Source: Glaucostegus cemiculus (taxonomy: Eukaryota). From it: DNA of 64,000 nt. Made by a program: the position numbers and the translations under genes. The first letter of the stretch is position 1; each line of letters starts with the position of its first letter. The notes beneath the pieces are model-generated. The model was not told where the DNA came from. It did no database searches and saw only the letters and a list, made by a program, of their open reading frames with translations. The stretch is taken from contig CDPCPM010000077.1 in the NCBI GenBank assembly GCA_976551045.1, positions 2,108,001-2,172,000 on the forward strand, in the 5' to 3' direction. Below are positions 1 through 13,691 of the stretch, in pieces.

Positions 1-439
1 TCTTTATATATCCAATGTACTTAAAGACTAGTTGTACGAATTATATATAAGTACATATTACAAAAACATTTATTTGTTGAATTTACGACACAAGATCCTG
101 CTAAGCACATAAAACTGAGCGACAATCTCCAGAAACTTGTGATTCATTTTGCTGGGAACTCTAAGTGTGTGAGCATTTGGTTTTGATTGCTTTCAACTCT
201 ACTGGAGACCTTCTGCTATGAGAAGTGCTTGCAGCTGTTGTATTTCCCCTCTGAAGGTCTTGATCTATCGTGCCAGTGTACAGGAGATCCTGGCAGGTTT
301 CCAGCCACAAACCTCAATCGCAGCAAAATGGGAATGGGTGGGAAAATAATTCCCAGTCTGCTAACACGCATCGGCAACATCGTCAGCTGGGTTATAATTC
401 CCCAACCATTCCCTGCTTGTTTATCACTCCAGGGAATTG

Positions 440-1228
440 CTGAGGGAGTGCTGCATACTCAGAAATGGGAGTACAAACCTTGGGAAGATAAATCAAGGTA
501 GGACATTCATAGTCAATGGTAGGGCCCTGGGTGGTGTTGTAGGACAGAGGGACCTAGGAGTACATGTCCATGGTTCCCTGAAAATGGCATCACAGGTACA
601 CAGGGTAGAGCTTTTGGCACACTGGCCTTCATCAGTCAGGGCATTGAGTATAGAAGTTGGGAGGTTATGTTGCAGTTGTACAAGACACTGGTGAGGCCAT
701 ATTTAGAATACTGTGTTCAGTTTTGGTCACCCTGCTATAGGAAAGATGCCATTAAGCTGAAAAGAGTGCCGAGGAGATCTACAAGGATATTGCCAGGACT
801 CGAGGGACTGTGTTACAGAGAGAGTTGGGATATTTTTCAGTGGAGCAGAGGAGAATGAAGGGTGATGTTATAGAGGTGTGTAAGATCATGAGGGGCAAAA
901 ATAGGGTGAATGCACACAGTCTTTTTCCCTGGGTTGGGAGATCAAGAACTAGAGGGCATAGGTTTAAGGTGAGAGGGGAGAGATTTAATAGGAACTTGAG
1001 GGGCAACTTTTTCACCCAGAAGGTGGTCAGTATATGGAATGAACTGCCAGAGGAGGTGGTTGAGGCAGGTACATTAACAACATTTAAAAGGTACTTGGAC
1101 AGGTACATGGACAGGGAAGGTTTAGAAGGATGTGGGCCAAAATGGGACTAGCTTAGATGGGAATCTTGGTTGGTATGGACCAGTTGGGCCAGAGGGCCCG
1201 TTTCTGTGCTGTGTGACTCTATGACTCA
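440..1228 (+). mobile_element. CR1 LINE, 5'-truncated 3' fragment (RT C-terminus and 3' tail)
   Basis: Frameshifted ORFs LQLYKTLVRPYLEYCVQFWSP and RTRGHRFKV...FFTQKVVSIWNELP are CR1 ORF2 C-terminal motifs; ends in a short gactctat-type tail. Confidence 0.9.
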
Positions 1229-1231
1229 AAA

Positions 1232-1462
1232 TAAAAATAGAAAATGATGGAAATGTTCAGCAGTCAGGCAGCATCTGAGGAGGGAGAAAGACAGAGTTAA
1301 TGTTTCAGATGGATGACCTTCCATAACCATTTTGATGAAAGGTCTTTGACCTCAAGAGCTCACCGTGTTTTTCTCTCTCTCCACAGATGCTGCCTCACCG
1401 GCTGTGTATTTCCAGAATTCCCTGGCTTTTGTTTCAGGTTTCCAGCATCTGCAGTATTTTGC
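1232..1462. repeat. Palindromic non-autonomous repeat, probably Penelope-derived
   Basis: Arm cagtcaggcagcatctg...acagagttaatgtttcag followed by an imperfect inverse (ccacagatgctgcctcaccggctg); related copies near 11100-11320, 28800-29000 and 31200-31410. Confidence 0.6.
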
Positions 1463-3034
1463 TTGGGGTCCTCCTAATGCAATGCCAGATTGAGGCTTTG
1501 TCTGCTCAGTGGGCAGGAGGGACATGTTCACCAGCGCCCAGTGTTGACAAATTATTTCCAGAAGTGTTTCCTGAAAGAGGGGACTTTCCCTTTTCAAGAA
1601 TTTGATTTAGTTTGGTTTTATTACAGAGAACAAAGTTCATACTTGCCCCACCCCCCAGAGTCAGTTCAACCAATCTTTAATAAACCAAAAATAGCCTCTT
1701 GCCTCACTGTTACACTGCCCTCCTCCCCCTCGCCCCGCCCCAACAGCACACACTGATTCAGTTCCCTTTTGGTAGGAGTTAACCATCCCAGTACATTAAA
1801 CCTGGGACGATTAGCTTTTACCAAAGGGGAACTGAAATTACAGAGCACTTGGGATTCAAAGAGAGTTGGGGGGATGGGGGGAGAGGGGAGCTTTGTTTTG
1901 AGAATTTGCTGGAATAGTCAGGCAGATTTAAGTGGTGATAGGTTAACTCTGCTTTGTCAGTGCTTAGTACTTAGCTAAGCCATGAGTGGTGGAGATGATC
2001 TTACAACCCTAGACCAGTCACAGTCACACTCCTTGCTACGTCCCTCTCCAGAAATTCTGTCTGTCTGTCTGTTTCTCTCCTCTCAAGACAGTTTATTTTT
2101 GGGTGATCCTTTGTTAGAAATTGGCCTCGATATGTAGATAAACTGGTGCTTTTAGACGGGACTGTAAATTTCAAAGAGGAACAGAGAATTCGTAAAGCAG
2201 AGGAAAGGAACTGAAACTGAGAGAGGGAGACGGTCGAGAGAGACAAACAGCAGGGAGAGCTCTAGAACAGGGTGGAAATAAAGAAAGATTATTGTCAAAC
2301 ATGAATTGCCATCAGCAGATTCTACGAGGACCGGGGATACAGATTCAACATTTTTTTTGGGAGGGGGCATAAGAGAAAATATTTTTATATAAAGAGTGGC
2401 TTAAATCTGGAACCTATTCCCTGTCAGTATTAATCAGGGGTTTCAAAAGGGAAATGAATAAGAACTCAAGGGAAAATGGTCCACAGGGCTGTAAGGAAAC
2501 AACAGGGTAACTGGGACTGAATGGATTGCTCGACAAGGAGTTGTCACGGACCCAGTGGGCCGAATGGCCTGTATGTAATGATTCCGTGACAATTAATCAT
2601 ACTGATTAGCTTTTATAAGAGTTCTCGCTCCACTTTTTCACAGTGATGGTTGTCAACGCTGATTGGTCAGTGGCATAATTAGAAAAGGACGGAATGCAAT
2701 TGGACACAAGTCCATTTTGCATCCGATTGGTTATCAGAAGCGTTGCTGGACAGCTCAAGGAAGTTGATGCAGATAATAAAAAAGACTGGTAAATCCCACA
2801 ACACTGTCCCTCTGAAAAGTGCTTCTGAACTAAGGGCCATGACCAGGGCAACTGCTTCAAGGTGAGGGAATGTGTTGGTTTGCTTTCCACTATGTTCAAT
2901 TTCTCGGTCCCAACCTGGTGTTCTGAATCTGTGTACAGTGGCGTGGGAAGAGAATCTGAGAGAGAGCGCAGCATCAGGTCCAAAATCAACATGACAGATT
3001 GCAGCAGTAGATAACATTCTGTCACAGGAATACA

Positions 3035-3730
3035 AGATAATAGGAGCAGTAGTTGGTCACCTGGCCCCTTAAGCCTGCCTGCTGTTCAATAGTAATCATA
3101 GCTGTCTAAGCTGGCCTCAACTCCTCTTCTGTGCCAGTTCCCCATAGCCCTCAATTCCTCAGTCCTTCAAACATTCATCTATCTCCACTTTAAACACATC
3201 TAATGATCTGGCCTCCTCCACCCTTGAGGACAGAAACTTCCTGAGATCTACTACTGCCTGAGTGAAGAAAGTTCTTTACACCTCAGTTTAAATGACTGGC
3301 TCCTTATTTCATATCTATGATCCCAAGTTAGAAACTCTCCCACAAGAGAAAGCATCTCAACATCTACCCTATCAAGCCCCCTTATGTCTGAATAAGATGC
3401 CCCTCATTCTTATAAATTCCAAGGAACACAGACCCAAACTGTTCAGCCTCTCTTGATAGGACAACTCTCTCATCCCAGGAATTAGCTGGTGAATCCCTTT
3501 GGCCTGCCTCCAATGATATGATATCCCCTTTTAGGTAAGGGGAGCAAAACTGTGTGCAATATTCCAGGAGTAGCCTCGCCAACACCCTGTACAAGTGTAA
3601 CTTCCCCATTCTTAAACTCCACGCCTCCACATTAAAAACTGACATCTCATTTGCCTTCCTCACTACTTGTTGGAGCTGCTGGCTAACTTTTTGTGATTCG
3701 TGAACTACAACACCTAGGCACCTCTGAACA
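3035..3730 (-). mobile_element. Decayed CR1 LINE fragment
   Basis: Minus ORF 3382-3756 reads LHLYRVLARLLLEYCTQFCSPYL, the CR1 LVRPHLEYCVQFWSP motif. Confidence 0.8.
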
Positions 3731-6624
3731 AATGTACAACAGTTCAAAATATGCAAGAGTGCAATTTTTATGGCTTGTGTAAACTGTTGATGGTCTATGT
3801 TTTATTTCAGTGGTGTGGGGAGAGGACATGTAGGAACTTTGGATTATTTCCCATCACTCTGAAGGGCTTTATTATTCCTTTTAAGGTGTTTATTTTACAT
3901 TGATATCGAATGCTTCCTTGCTAATACTCCATGGCATCAAAAATAGCGGAAAAAAACCCAAAACAATAATTAAAAGACTGGCAGAAAAATAGTCAGATTT
4001 CAGGGAATTGCAGAAATACCTGACTCAGGATCCATTTCCCATCACCTTCAATCTGTACTGACATCAGAGCTTAGCAGCCCAACTAAGTAAACCTTCAGAA
4101 GCCACCACAGTAACACAATAAGTGTCCCTCATCCATCTCCCCAAGACAGGATGGGAGATCACAAACAATATCAGGTCACAGCATGGTAAAACATACCAGC
4201 ATGCAGCCAAGTTAGCTAAGAGATCACCCCTTCCACAACAGTTCCCACTGTACTGACAGGGGGAATATTACTGCACACTCTGGGAGCAAATGAATCACTT
4301 TAAAAGGCAGTCATTGCTGCTCTCGAGTGAGAGTGAGAGTTGGGAAACAAAAATCAGCCTCATTGGGACTTTGTGGATCAGATACTCACAGAAGAGAAGT
4401 AAACTAAAGCCAACAACCTGCATTTATCTTGTGCATATAACAGTGTAAGTTTTGTCAAAGGATTTCCAGGGATCAATTTCAAACAAAAAAAAATTGAAAT
4501 CACCAAGTACAAGGAGATACCAAAACTGATGTGACCAAAAACTTGGTCTAAGGGACAGGAATTATAGAGGGTAGAGTGAGAATGGTGGTGGGAGGAGTTC
4601 CAAAGCTTGGAGCCAAGATACTTAGACGTTAATACTAGGGATGCACAGGAGGGCTGGGGAGAAGGAAAAGGCTACAGACACTTGATGTTGGAGGAGTGGT
4701 GATTACAGTGATTACAGAGTGGTGATGTTGGAGGAGCCTCATATAACTTAAAGGAACAGAAAATGAATAGAGAGACAATAAGAACAGCTCCAACAGAATC
4801 AGGTGAACACTCAGACAGGTCAGAGATCCAAGAGACACTAATCCAGTCTTTACTGTCCGTGTTTGTGATCGGACAAAAGGCTTTACAATCTAGAAAGAAG
4901 CTGTTCTCATTGAAATGTACAAAATAGTGTCTGATATGGAATAGGAAATCCCAGAAAAATACTTTAAGCCGCAGGGGACTAGGAAAATGTCTCACTGGTT
5001 CAAACGAACTTTAGGATTGACATCAAGAACTTATTTTTTTCCCACACAAAGCATGGAGTTGGTGGAAAAACCCTGGAACTGAAGAGATATAACTGGGTTT
5101 AGCAATGTAGGGAGTGGTGCAGGGCAGGGGAGTGGAAATGGTGCTTTCAAAGTGTTTACAGTGACCAAGTTTATCTAATCGACTCAAAACGTTAACTGTT
5201 TCTCCCTCCGCAGATGCTGCCAAGTCTTCCAGCCCTTTCTGTTTTTATTTAATCCTATTAGTCTTTTATAATCTTGTAAAAAGACAGGCTTGGTAGTTCA
5301 AAGAGGCGTGGAAAGTTGGTTCCCCCACACAACTGGTTAGGAACATATATTCGGGCACGTAGGAGTATAGAGGGATGTTGAAACTTAGTCCCCACACGGT
5401 CACCTTCAGACAGTTCGCAAGGAACAGTTATCAGGAGCAACAAACGATGTGCAGGAGGAACTCAGCAGGTCAAGCAGGATTTATGGAAGAAGAACAGTTG
5501 AAATTTCAGGTTGAAATGCTGCATCAGCACTAAAGGTGTAGAGGGAAGATAGCCAGTGTAAAGTGGAGAGGGGGAGTGGCAACACAGGGGCCAGTTGGTG
5601 ATTGGTGGACCGAGGAGGAGTGAAGGGTAATGGGCAGCTGGAGCCAGGTAGGGAAGGGGAGGGGTGAAGCTGGGAGTCAAGGAGGTGGAACCAGGAGTGT
5701 TGAAGTAGACAGATTCTCTGAAAGGTAGGCAGCACACAGCCAGAAGGAAACAGATACTCAATGTGATTGCAATTCCAGGTAAAATAAAACAAGCCCACTG
5801 CCAGGAAATGTTCTCACCCTCTCTAAAGACGTCTACACAGTTGGCTGGGGATCACATACTCTTATGAGGTCAGGCCTGACTTTAGCCAACTCTGGGTCTG
5901 TAACTGTTTCCCACCCTTTAGCTTTGTTTGTTCTGCTACAATCAATGGGAGGTCATCTGATTGTTCACAAATGTAAAGGATAACAAGAATATTCCCAATG
6001 AGATCTTTAGTGTTTCAGAACACGGAAACCAATCCAGCAATGGAAGGTGGCTGCGGTACTGACAATGAGATTCAATCAAGCCTAATGTGTGGAGATCTTT
6101 CCAAAGGTTGTAACCTAAATGAAGGTCTTTCTTTCCAAGGGACAGTGTCTGAAATAATCACACACCATTCTAATAGAACAGGTATAAAACAGGTAGTAGT
6201 AGAACACATACGGGCTGTGTCTTTCCAAGTGTACCTATTTTCAATGGGACAGGAGGTATTAAAGATTATTGGCTGTGTGCTGTTTTTTCTAACAGTGACT
6301 TAGTTGGCTGATGATCCCTCTTTTAAGGTTTGATCCTTATAACAGTGTGCTCACCCAACTGTAAGCCTCCCCAAATTATATAGGGATTTATTTCCACATG
6401 AAGCTCACCCCCCACACAGAGCACTTCCTTCCCAAGCTAGTACACTGCTCCTGGTAATGTTCCAAGAAAGAAGGTCACTGCGTCAAAGTTATGTTCACAG
6501 AACTGGACTGCTGCCAACTGTCACTTGTTTGGGATCTGATTAGCCTGTCAGCTGAAGGCCACATGATACCAACTTAAAATGAAGCCTTGAGAGTGCCAAC
6601 TGTTGACTGCATCCATTTCATCTT

Positions 6625-6960
6625 GGGCTTAGTTGGGAGTGTTCTCACTCTGAGCTCGAAGGTGGTAGGTTAAAGTCCGGCTCCCGAAATCTGAGCACAA
6701 AAGACTCAGGCTGACGCCGAGTGTGAACAGAGGGAGTGATGCACTGTTGAGATGTAGGTTCTTCACGTGGGACATCAAACTGCTCTCTAAGGAGGATGTA
6801 AAAAATCCTCAGGTGCCAGCTACAAGAAGAGCAGTATTCTTCCCAGTATTCCAGTCAATAATTGTCCTGTACCAACACCCCTAACATCAGATTACCTGGT
6901 CAGCATCACTGCAGTCTTTGTGGCAGGCAACTGGGTTGTCCACATTATAATGGCACGTAC
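6625..6960 (+). mobile_element. DeuSINE-type (SacSINE1-like) SINE, diverged
   Basis: tRNA-like head (ctctgag..gaaggt..ggttaaagtcc) then ctgagcac..ggctgac..gagggagtg..gcactgt core; related copies at about 7460-7690(-), 17445-17600(+), 26040-26360(+), 34100-34470(-), 48445-48750(+). Confidence 0.6.
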
Positions 6961-9900
6961 AGTCAGAACAAACACACATTATTTGAAAATCGTTTGGAGA
7001 CACCCAGAAGAAAGAAAAGTGCTAAATAATTTCCAATTTGTTCACTTTTTGATTTCATTACTCAGAAGCTGATAAAACTTGGTGCACAGGGCATTTATTC
7101 TAGAAGTGTTAAATTCACTCAACCTTGTTTTATAACTCTCACATACTTAACTCCAGTAACAGCCATGCCTTTGAACACTTGAGTGCAACAGGACCCACTC
7201 CTTATGAGGAACAGAGAGGACAATGGGAACATTAATGGTTGTTCCCATAATGGCCTCATTTTAATGGGTCAACAACTGGAGTAAATGAATGTCTAGTCCT
7301 TGGTTGGTCACTTTACGTTGACTGACATGTCTAACAGCTAATGCTGGCCAGCAGAATGAATTTTGATTTCATTAATTTCTAGAGAACGTTGTTTACGAAG
7401 CTAACAACTGCTTGATAGAAAAAAAATTCCCAGTGGGATAGTGGGTATCTCAGAACCCTGTCCCTCACCCAGGAAACTTGGGAGAGCTCACCTGCAATTT
7501 GAAATATAACCACATAATACCCAGAGGGAGGAGACGAGGTCCCAATATCAAGTGTCATCTGGAAGACAACACCTCCAACCCTGCAGCACTCTTGTTGTAC
7601 TGCAGTCAATACATTTATTAATTCTCTGGAGTGGAACTTGAACCCACGACCTTCAGATTCAGAGGTGAGAAAGCTACCCACTGAGTCAAAGAGCAGGGCA
7701 GATGACTCTCCTCCTCCGCTCCCACCAAACGCCTAACCAGTCCTAGTGATCACTTTGTAATGCTGAGAAACTCTGGTGGCTCCAAAGTTCCCTCCAACTC
7801 AGCTGTCTACGCTGGGGATCGGGAAATCTTTCAAACTATCCTAAGGGAAGGCAGGGAGACCAAAGTAACTCCCCAAAGCTGGCTCACCAAGCCCTTTGGA
7901 AAAGGTGGTCTGCTACTGTAAAGAGAAGGTCAAGATGTCTAACACAGGTCTTTTGAAATTATGGAAGATTTTGATACGGAGAGATTTCCACTTGTACAGA
8001 ACAGCGTAACTAGAGGCCAAGGTTTATCATCACTGACTTATATGACGTGAAATTTGCTGTTTTGCGGCAGCAGTACAGTGCAAAGACACAAAATTACTAT
8101 AAATTACAAAATAAATAGAGTGCAAAGAAAAAAGGAACAATGAGGTAGTGTTCATGGGTTCATGGACCGTTCAGACATCTGACGATGGACGGGAAGAAGC
8201 TGATCATCACCAAGAAATCCAATAACACATTCACAAGAAACTTCTTTACTCAAGAAGTGGGAAGAATGTGGAACTCAGTCCCACGAGATGGAGATGAGAT
8301 GAAGTCTGGCACCTAAAAAGGGACAATGGACAAGTAGTTGGGGAGAAGGGGATGGACGGTCACTCTGATGTATCTAGATGAGGAATGTTGTGTGGATTAC
8401 TAATGCTGGCAACACTGAGTTGGACTAAATGGCCTGTTTCTGTTCCATATTGTATAGGTAGGCATGAAGGTCGGCACAGACGTGATGGGGCGAAGGGCCT
8501 GTTTCTATGATGTACAACCCTACTCTGTGTAACCCGAAACAAAAAGATTTCTTTTTAGAAAAGGTGATGAAGACTGAAATTCCAGTGGCACGGTGCTCAG
8601 GAAGAGGTGACAGCGGACGATGCTGCAAATGGTCACGGCTTGAAAAGTCTGGGCACAAACAGAGCAGGAAACGTACAGCGACGCAGGCAGAGAGGGTCAG
8701 CTGCTCCAGCCCAGGGGTCCAGGGAGGACTCGGGGTGTGAAGGCTACGCAGCAGTGAGCTGCGTGAACCAAGAGAGCTGGCACAGTGTTGGTTACTCTCT
8801 GCTGCCTCTGAGGTCAAAAACAAGACCGATATTCTGTCTGCTTCCCAGCGATCCCTGCCGACCTTTATATTGGCACTAATAGATCCAGAGACCTGCCCAA
8901 ACCATAAAACCCTTCAAGTCTGCAAGTATTCACCCTCTCAATTCACAACCATCACTTGGGTGACGTAAGGAAAGTGAACAGATCAAGAAAGGAGATACAT
9001 TTCTAGGGGTTGTGGGGAAGAGAGTAGACGGGGGATAGAGGACAGAAAGGGGAAGCTGTCACTTTCAGCGTTGGTCTGAGTCTGTGAATATTATCAGACA
9101 CCGAGCCCGCAAAAGGTAAGTGGAAGATAAGCAGTGCGGATAATGGGAAGGACATTTCCTTGACAGCTCTGGATCCTTCAGTCTGGAACGTCACTCAGCA
9201 GTGGACAAAAGTCCCCCAGGAGCCAATTCAATAGGACAATGGAGGTTCCTGAACGGCCTGGAGGCTGGACACAGGATAAAGTCTCTGTCTTTCTTCATTG
9301 CAAAAGCTTTAGAAATCATTTGAGTGACAATTATCATTTTCCACATATCTCCTCATGACATAGTACGCTATTCTGCCAATTGCACCTATGTCAGCTCACA
9401 GAGCAATCCCCATTTCCTCACAAAGTTTCCTTGTAACCTTAGGTCTCCACGTTCCCCAGATTACTACTGCTCACCTCCAAACTAGGGGCAATTTAGTGGC
9501 CAATTAATCTACCAACCTGCACGTCTTTGACATGTGGGAGGAAACTAGAGCATTCAGAGGAAACCCAGGCCTTCACAGAGAGGGCGTGCAAACTCCACAC
9601 ACAGTACCGGAGATCAGGGTCACTGGAGCTTACTACCTGCACCACCTAAGGCATGCTGCCTAGCCCCACTGGAGTTAGCTGAGGAGCTGGTGACACAGAA
9701 ATAAATCATTACTCAGAAGTGATTTCCTTTGAAGTGAAATAAATTTCTGCTCTCACCTCGAGACTTCCCCTGAACTGCTGCAGCATTAACCCTGAGAGTG
9801 CCGACTGTGTGTGCAAGTGCAGTCATACGTGCACACTCACATTAAACCATAAACACTTGCTCAATCACACACACTCATATCCTTGCACACACTCAGACCT

Positions 9901-10249
9901 GAGCAGCAGACCATTTATACCAGCGTTACAATGATCCCGAAATTAATTTCAGCGATTTTCGGGAAGCAGCATACTCAAACACGGTTACTCATTCTCACCC
10001 ATGGAAAAGAAGCAAGTCTCCCAGCTGCAGGTGGGAAGACCCAGTGATAATCCAGTCATTTATCTCACTTGCGTGTGTGGGAGCTTGCAGAGTGCAAGTT
10101 GCACGGTGCACTCCCTGCAACACAGCAGTGACTGCACTTCAACAAGTGTTCTGGCTGCACTGTGCTTGGGGACTTCCTGCTGGAAATGGTGATGCAGATT
10201 AAAAATCCATTTGCACTGGAAAGCGGAAGGGGTTACAGTCCAAAAGAGA

Positions 10250-10635
10250 AGGAAGGTGAGAGGAGACGTGATAGAGGTGTACAGAATATTAAGAGGAATA
10301 GATAGAGTGGACAGCCAGTGCCTCTTTCCCAGGGCACCAATGCTCAATACAAGAGGGCACAGCTTTAAAGTAATGGATGGGAAGTTCAAGGGAGATATCA
10401 GGAAGGTTTTTTTGCCCAGAGAGTGGTTGGGGCATGGAATGCTCTGCCTGGGGTGGTGGTGGAGGCAGGTAAATTGGTCAAATTCAAGAGATTGTTAGAT
10501 AAGCATATGGAGGAATTTAAATTAGAGGGATATGTGGGAGGAAGGGGTTAGATAGTCTTAGGCGAGGTTTAAAGGTTGGCACAACATTGTGGGCCGAAAG
10601 GCCTGTATTGTGCTGTACTGCTCTACGTTCTATGT
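10250..10635 (+). mobile_element. CR1 LINE 3' fragment
   Basis: ORF RGDVIEVYRILRGIDRVDSQCLFPR...TRGHSFKV; tail gtgggccgaaaggcctgt...gttctatg. Confidence 0.85.
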
Positions 10636-12515
10636 AAACGTGGTGGGAGGGAGGGCCTCCCCCTTAATACACCTTGCGTACCTAAGGGTGTGAATGCATC
10701 ACGTCAGTGAGCTGTGTCAACAACGAGCGCCGATGTGGTGTTTACATTTCCCAAGACTCCAAAATCCTGGCAGCTAAAGGGGCGAGAGGAATTGCGGGTT
10801 CAGCGGGGAAGAGGTTTTCCACCACTGCTCATGGGGTAGAAGGAGCAGGAGGGCATTTTCACCTCCATTTCCCCTCACCCAACTCCAGCTGCCACTCCCC
10901 CCAGCTATCTGGGATATAGTGGGTTAACTAAGGTACACGGTGACCATAACTGTGTACAGTGCTCCCAAATTGATCTAACCCAGGGATCTGAAGACCCCAT
11001 GTCTATTGGCTCTGGATTATACTATTGAATGTATAATGCATTTTAAAATCCTACAATAGGTGTAGAATGTAATAACATAACACAAATAATTGTCCAAATG
11101 CAAAATACCGCAGATCCTGTAAATATTAATAGAAAAGGCGAGAAATACTCTGTAAAGCAGGCAACAGCTGTGGGGAGAGAAATAGAATTAACGTTTCAAT
11201 TCAATGACCCTTCACCAGAACTGATGGAAGGTCATCATCACATTGAAACATTGGCTCAATGTCTCTCTCCATAGATGCTGCCTGACCGGCTGAGTATTTC
11301 CGGCATGTCCTGTTTCCATTACAGTTATTCTTTGTAAATAGGCTGTTTGAATTCAGGACAGACTCATCCCCTTATCAAAACTCTTGACGGAAACATAAAA
11401 TTAAATGACCCTTGGTGTGAAAGGCACAGAAGAAGAGGTATAGCTTGCAGTTTCTACATTTCTCCCCATTTCACAGCAGTCACTTTATATATTCCCTATG
11501 ACATTACGAAGAGACAACACACCAGTTACCAAAGAAAATCTGATAACGGAGCACACACAACACTCAACATCTTGGTCTAAGACGCTGGTTTTCAAAAATG
11601 ACATGGAGGAGGAGAGGGAATACGAGGGAATACTTGGCATCTGAAGGCACAGACATCAAAACAAACAAAGAAAACTGGGGATATGCAGGAGGCAAAAACT
11701 GGATGAGAGTGGAAATCTCAGAGGGCTGTCAGACTGGAGGAAGTTAACAGGGATAGGGAAGGTTTGGGCTTTGGACGGGTTTTAAAATGAGAGTGAGAAT
11801 GTATTGCAATTGGGAGAGAAGTTTGTCTTTGGTCAATGACGTTAAATGGGCACTGAATTTTGGCTGTTGATTGGATGACTCCCCTGACATTTGACTGATG
11901 TGATGAATAGTCCAGATTGAGCCTCTTTACTGGACAAATCCATCACCAAGTCAGCCCGCCATCCGATCCATTGTGCATTGCCATTCCCGATCTGCACACA
12001 GAGCATCACCACATCTTGATGCTGAGAACTGGAGGGATTCCTGGGATGGAGGGTTTGTCATAAAGGGGAACACTCAGCGGGTTGGATCTACACACTCTAG
12101 AGCTTAGGAGATCTCACTGAAACATTCACAATCCTGGAGGAACTTTGAAGGGAAAAATGCTTTGAGGATATTTCACTAATGGGGAAATCTAGAAAGTGGG
12201 GCAAATTCAGAAGAAAAGAATAATCATTTTAGAATGGTTTGAGGAGGAATGCCTTCTCTCAGCGAGGAGGGAATGTTTGGAGAGTCATGGATGCCAAGTC
12301 ATTAAACATTCAAGGATTCTCTGGGATACAGAATTCCAAAAACTCCCAGCCCTCTGAGAAGAAATTTAAGCCTGAGGTAGATGTTTGGACCAAAGAGGAA
12401 CTGTGGGTTATGGGGATTATTCAGAAAGCGGCCAATCACCCCCTCCATTGTAATCTTATGGAATGGCAGAGCTGACTAGAAAAGGCTAATCCTTGCTCGT
12501 AAGTCGAGAAGTCAC

Positions 12516-12895
12516 GTGTTCTTATGGGGCGGGGATCTTATTGAAAACTACTGGATACTGAAAGGCCTGAATAGAGTGGACGTGGAGAGGATGTTTCCAT
12601 TAGTGAGAGAGTCCAGGATCCAAGGGCACACCCTCAGAATAAAGGGACGTCCCTTTAAAACTGAGATGAGCAGGAATTTCTTCAGCCAGAGGGTGTTGAA
12701 TCTGTGGAATTCATTGTCACTTAGAGTGTATTTAAAGCAGAAATTGATAGGGTCTTGATTGGTAAGGGGGGGGGGGTTAAAGGTTAGGGGGAGAAAGCGG
12801 GAGAATGGGGTTAAAAACAAAATCAGCTACGTTTGAATGGTGGAGCAGACTTGATGGGCCGAATGGCCTTATTCTGCCCCTATAATCTTATGGTC
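12516..12895 (+). mobile_element. CR1 LINE 3' fragment adjoining the NAB exon donor
   Basis: ORF GDLIENYWILKGLNRVDVERMFPL...FFSQRVLNLWNSL and tail gggccgaatggcctt; ends about 25 nt from the splice donor at 12917. Confidence 0.85.
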
Positions 12896-12917
12896 AAGTA
12901 GATAATGATGACTGTAC

Positions 12918-13691
12918 CTCGTGCAACGTGAGATTCTTCCCATCTTTCCGTTTGGAGTCAAACCTCCCGTAGATGGCGCTGAACTTCCGGATCTCCTCTT
13001 CCTTCTGTGGCTCCTGGTCGCTCATCTCGAAGATGTGGCCGAGGGTTTTGGCCATTTTCTTGTTGCTGATGAAGATGCACTCCAGCTCCTTGGGCTCCAT
13101 CCGGGGCACAGTCTGGATGAGGCGCTCGGCGCAGGCGGCGATGATCTGGATGACGTCCTGGGTGAGGGGCAGGGAGGGGCCGTCCTTGGGCGGAGAGTGG
13201 GGCTCCTCCTTGGTCACCGTGATGACGTTGGAGATGGTGGGCAGGTGCTGGCCAGAGGCCACCGGCTCCGTCTGAGACGAGGTCTCCGTCCGCCGTGGCG
13301 AGGCGTGGTTGTTGCCGATCTCCTGTGTGCCGGCCAGGTTCTGCGTCAGACGCGACGGATGCTCTTGTTGGGCGCTGGCGGAGTTGGGGTCCGAGATTTT
13401 GGCAATGGGGATGCTGCTGGCTGGCAGCTTTGTGAGGGGCTGGTTGAAGGCCGAGGGGTTTGTGATCCACTCCTGCAAGGCTTTCTGGAGGCGTCGGACG
13501 TGCAGCGGTTTGCTGGACATGCCCACCAGCGCCATGATCTCCAGAAACTCCTCCTCCGCCGCATCGCACAGCTGCTGGACGTCATCTCCTCCCTGCTGGA
13601 TGAAGGCATCGTAGTAGAGGAGAAGATTCGCCCGCTGGAGGACCCGGTAGAGTTGCAGCTCCCCCAGTGTGGATGGCTGAGATGTGGTCAT
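12918..13691 (-). CDS. NAB-family (NGFI-A/EGR1-binding protein) co-regulator, first coding exon (258 codons): NCD1 plus N-terminal part of NCD2
   Basis: TLGELQLYRVLQRANLL..FIQQGGDDVQQLC..FLEIMALVGM..KPLHVRRLQKAL is NCD1; GHIFEM..KEEEIRKFSAIYGRFDSKRKDGKNLTLHE is NCD2. ATG in GGGGCC-ATG context; donor GAG/GTACAG after LTLHE (phase 0); acceptor cttctgtctacag gives exon start 13727. NAB1 versus NAB2 orthology is unclear, so no symbol given. Confidence 0.95.

Noticed and set aside
8425-8879. Cluster of ORFs including EKVMKTE, reminiscent of the NAB1 C-terminal EKKVIKTE
   Set aside because: The motif is on the plus strand, opposite to the NAB gene, and surrounding residues do not match; minus frames show no NAB similarity
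12894-12917. ORF-track C-terminus VQSSLST* as the true end of the NAB protein
   Set aside because: Homology stops at LTLHE, where a GT donor occurs; the extra residues are most likely intronic
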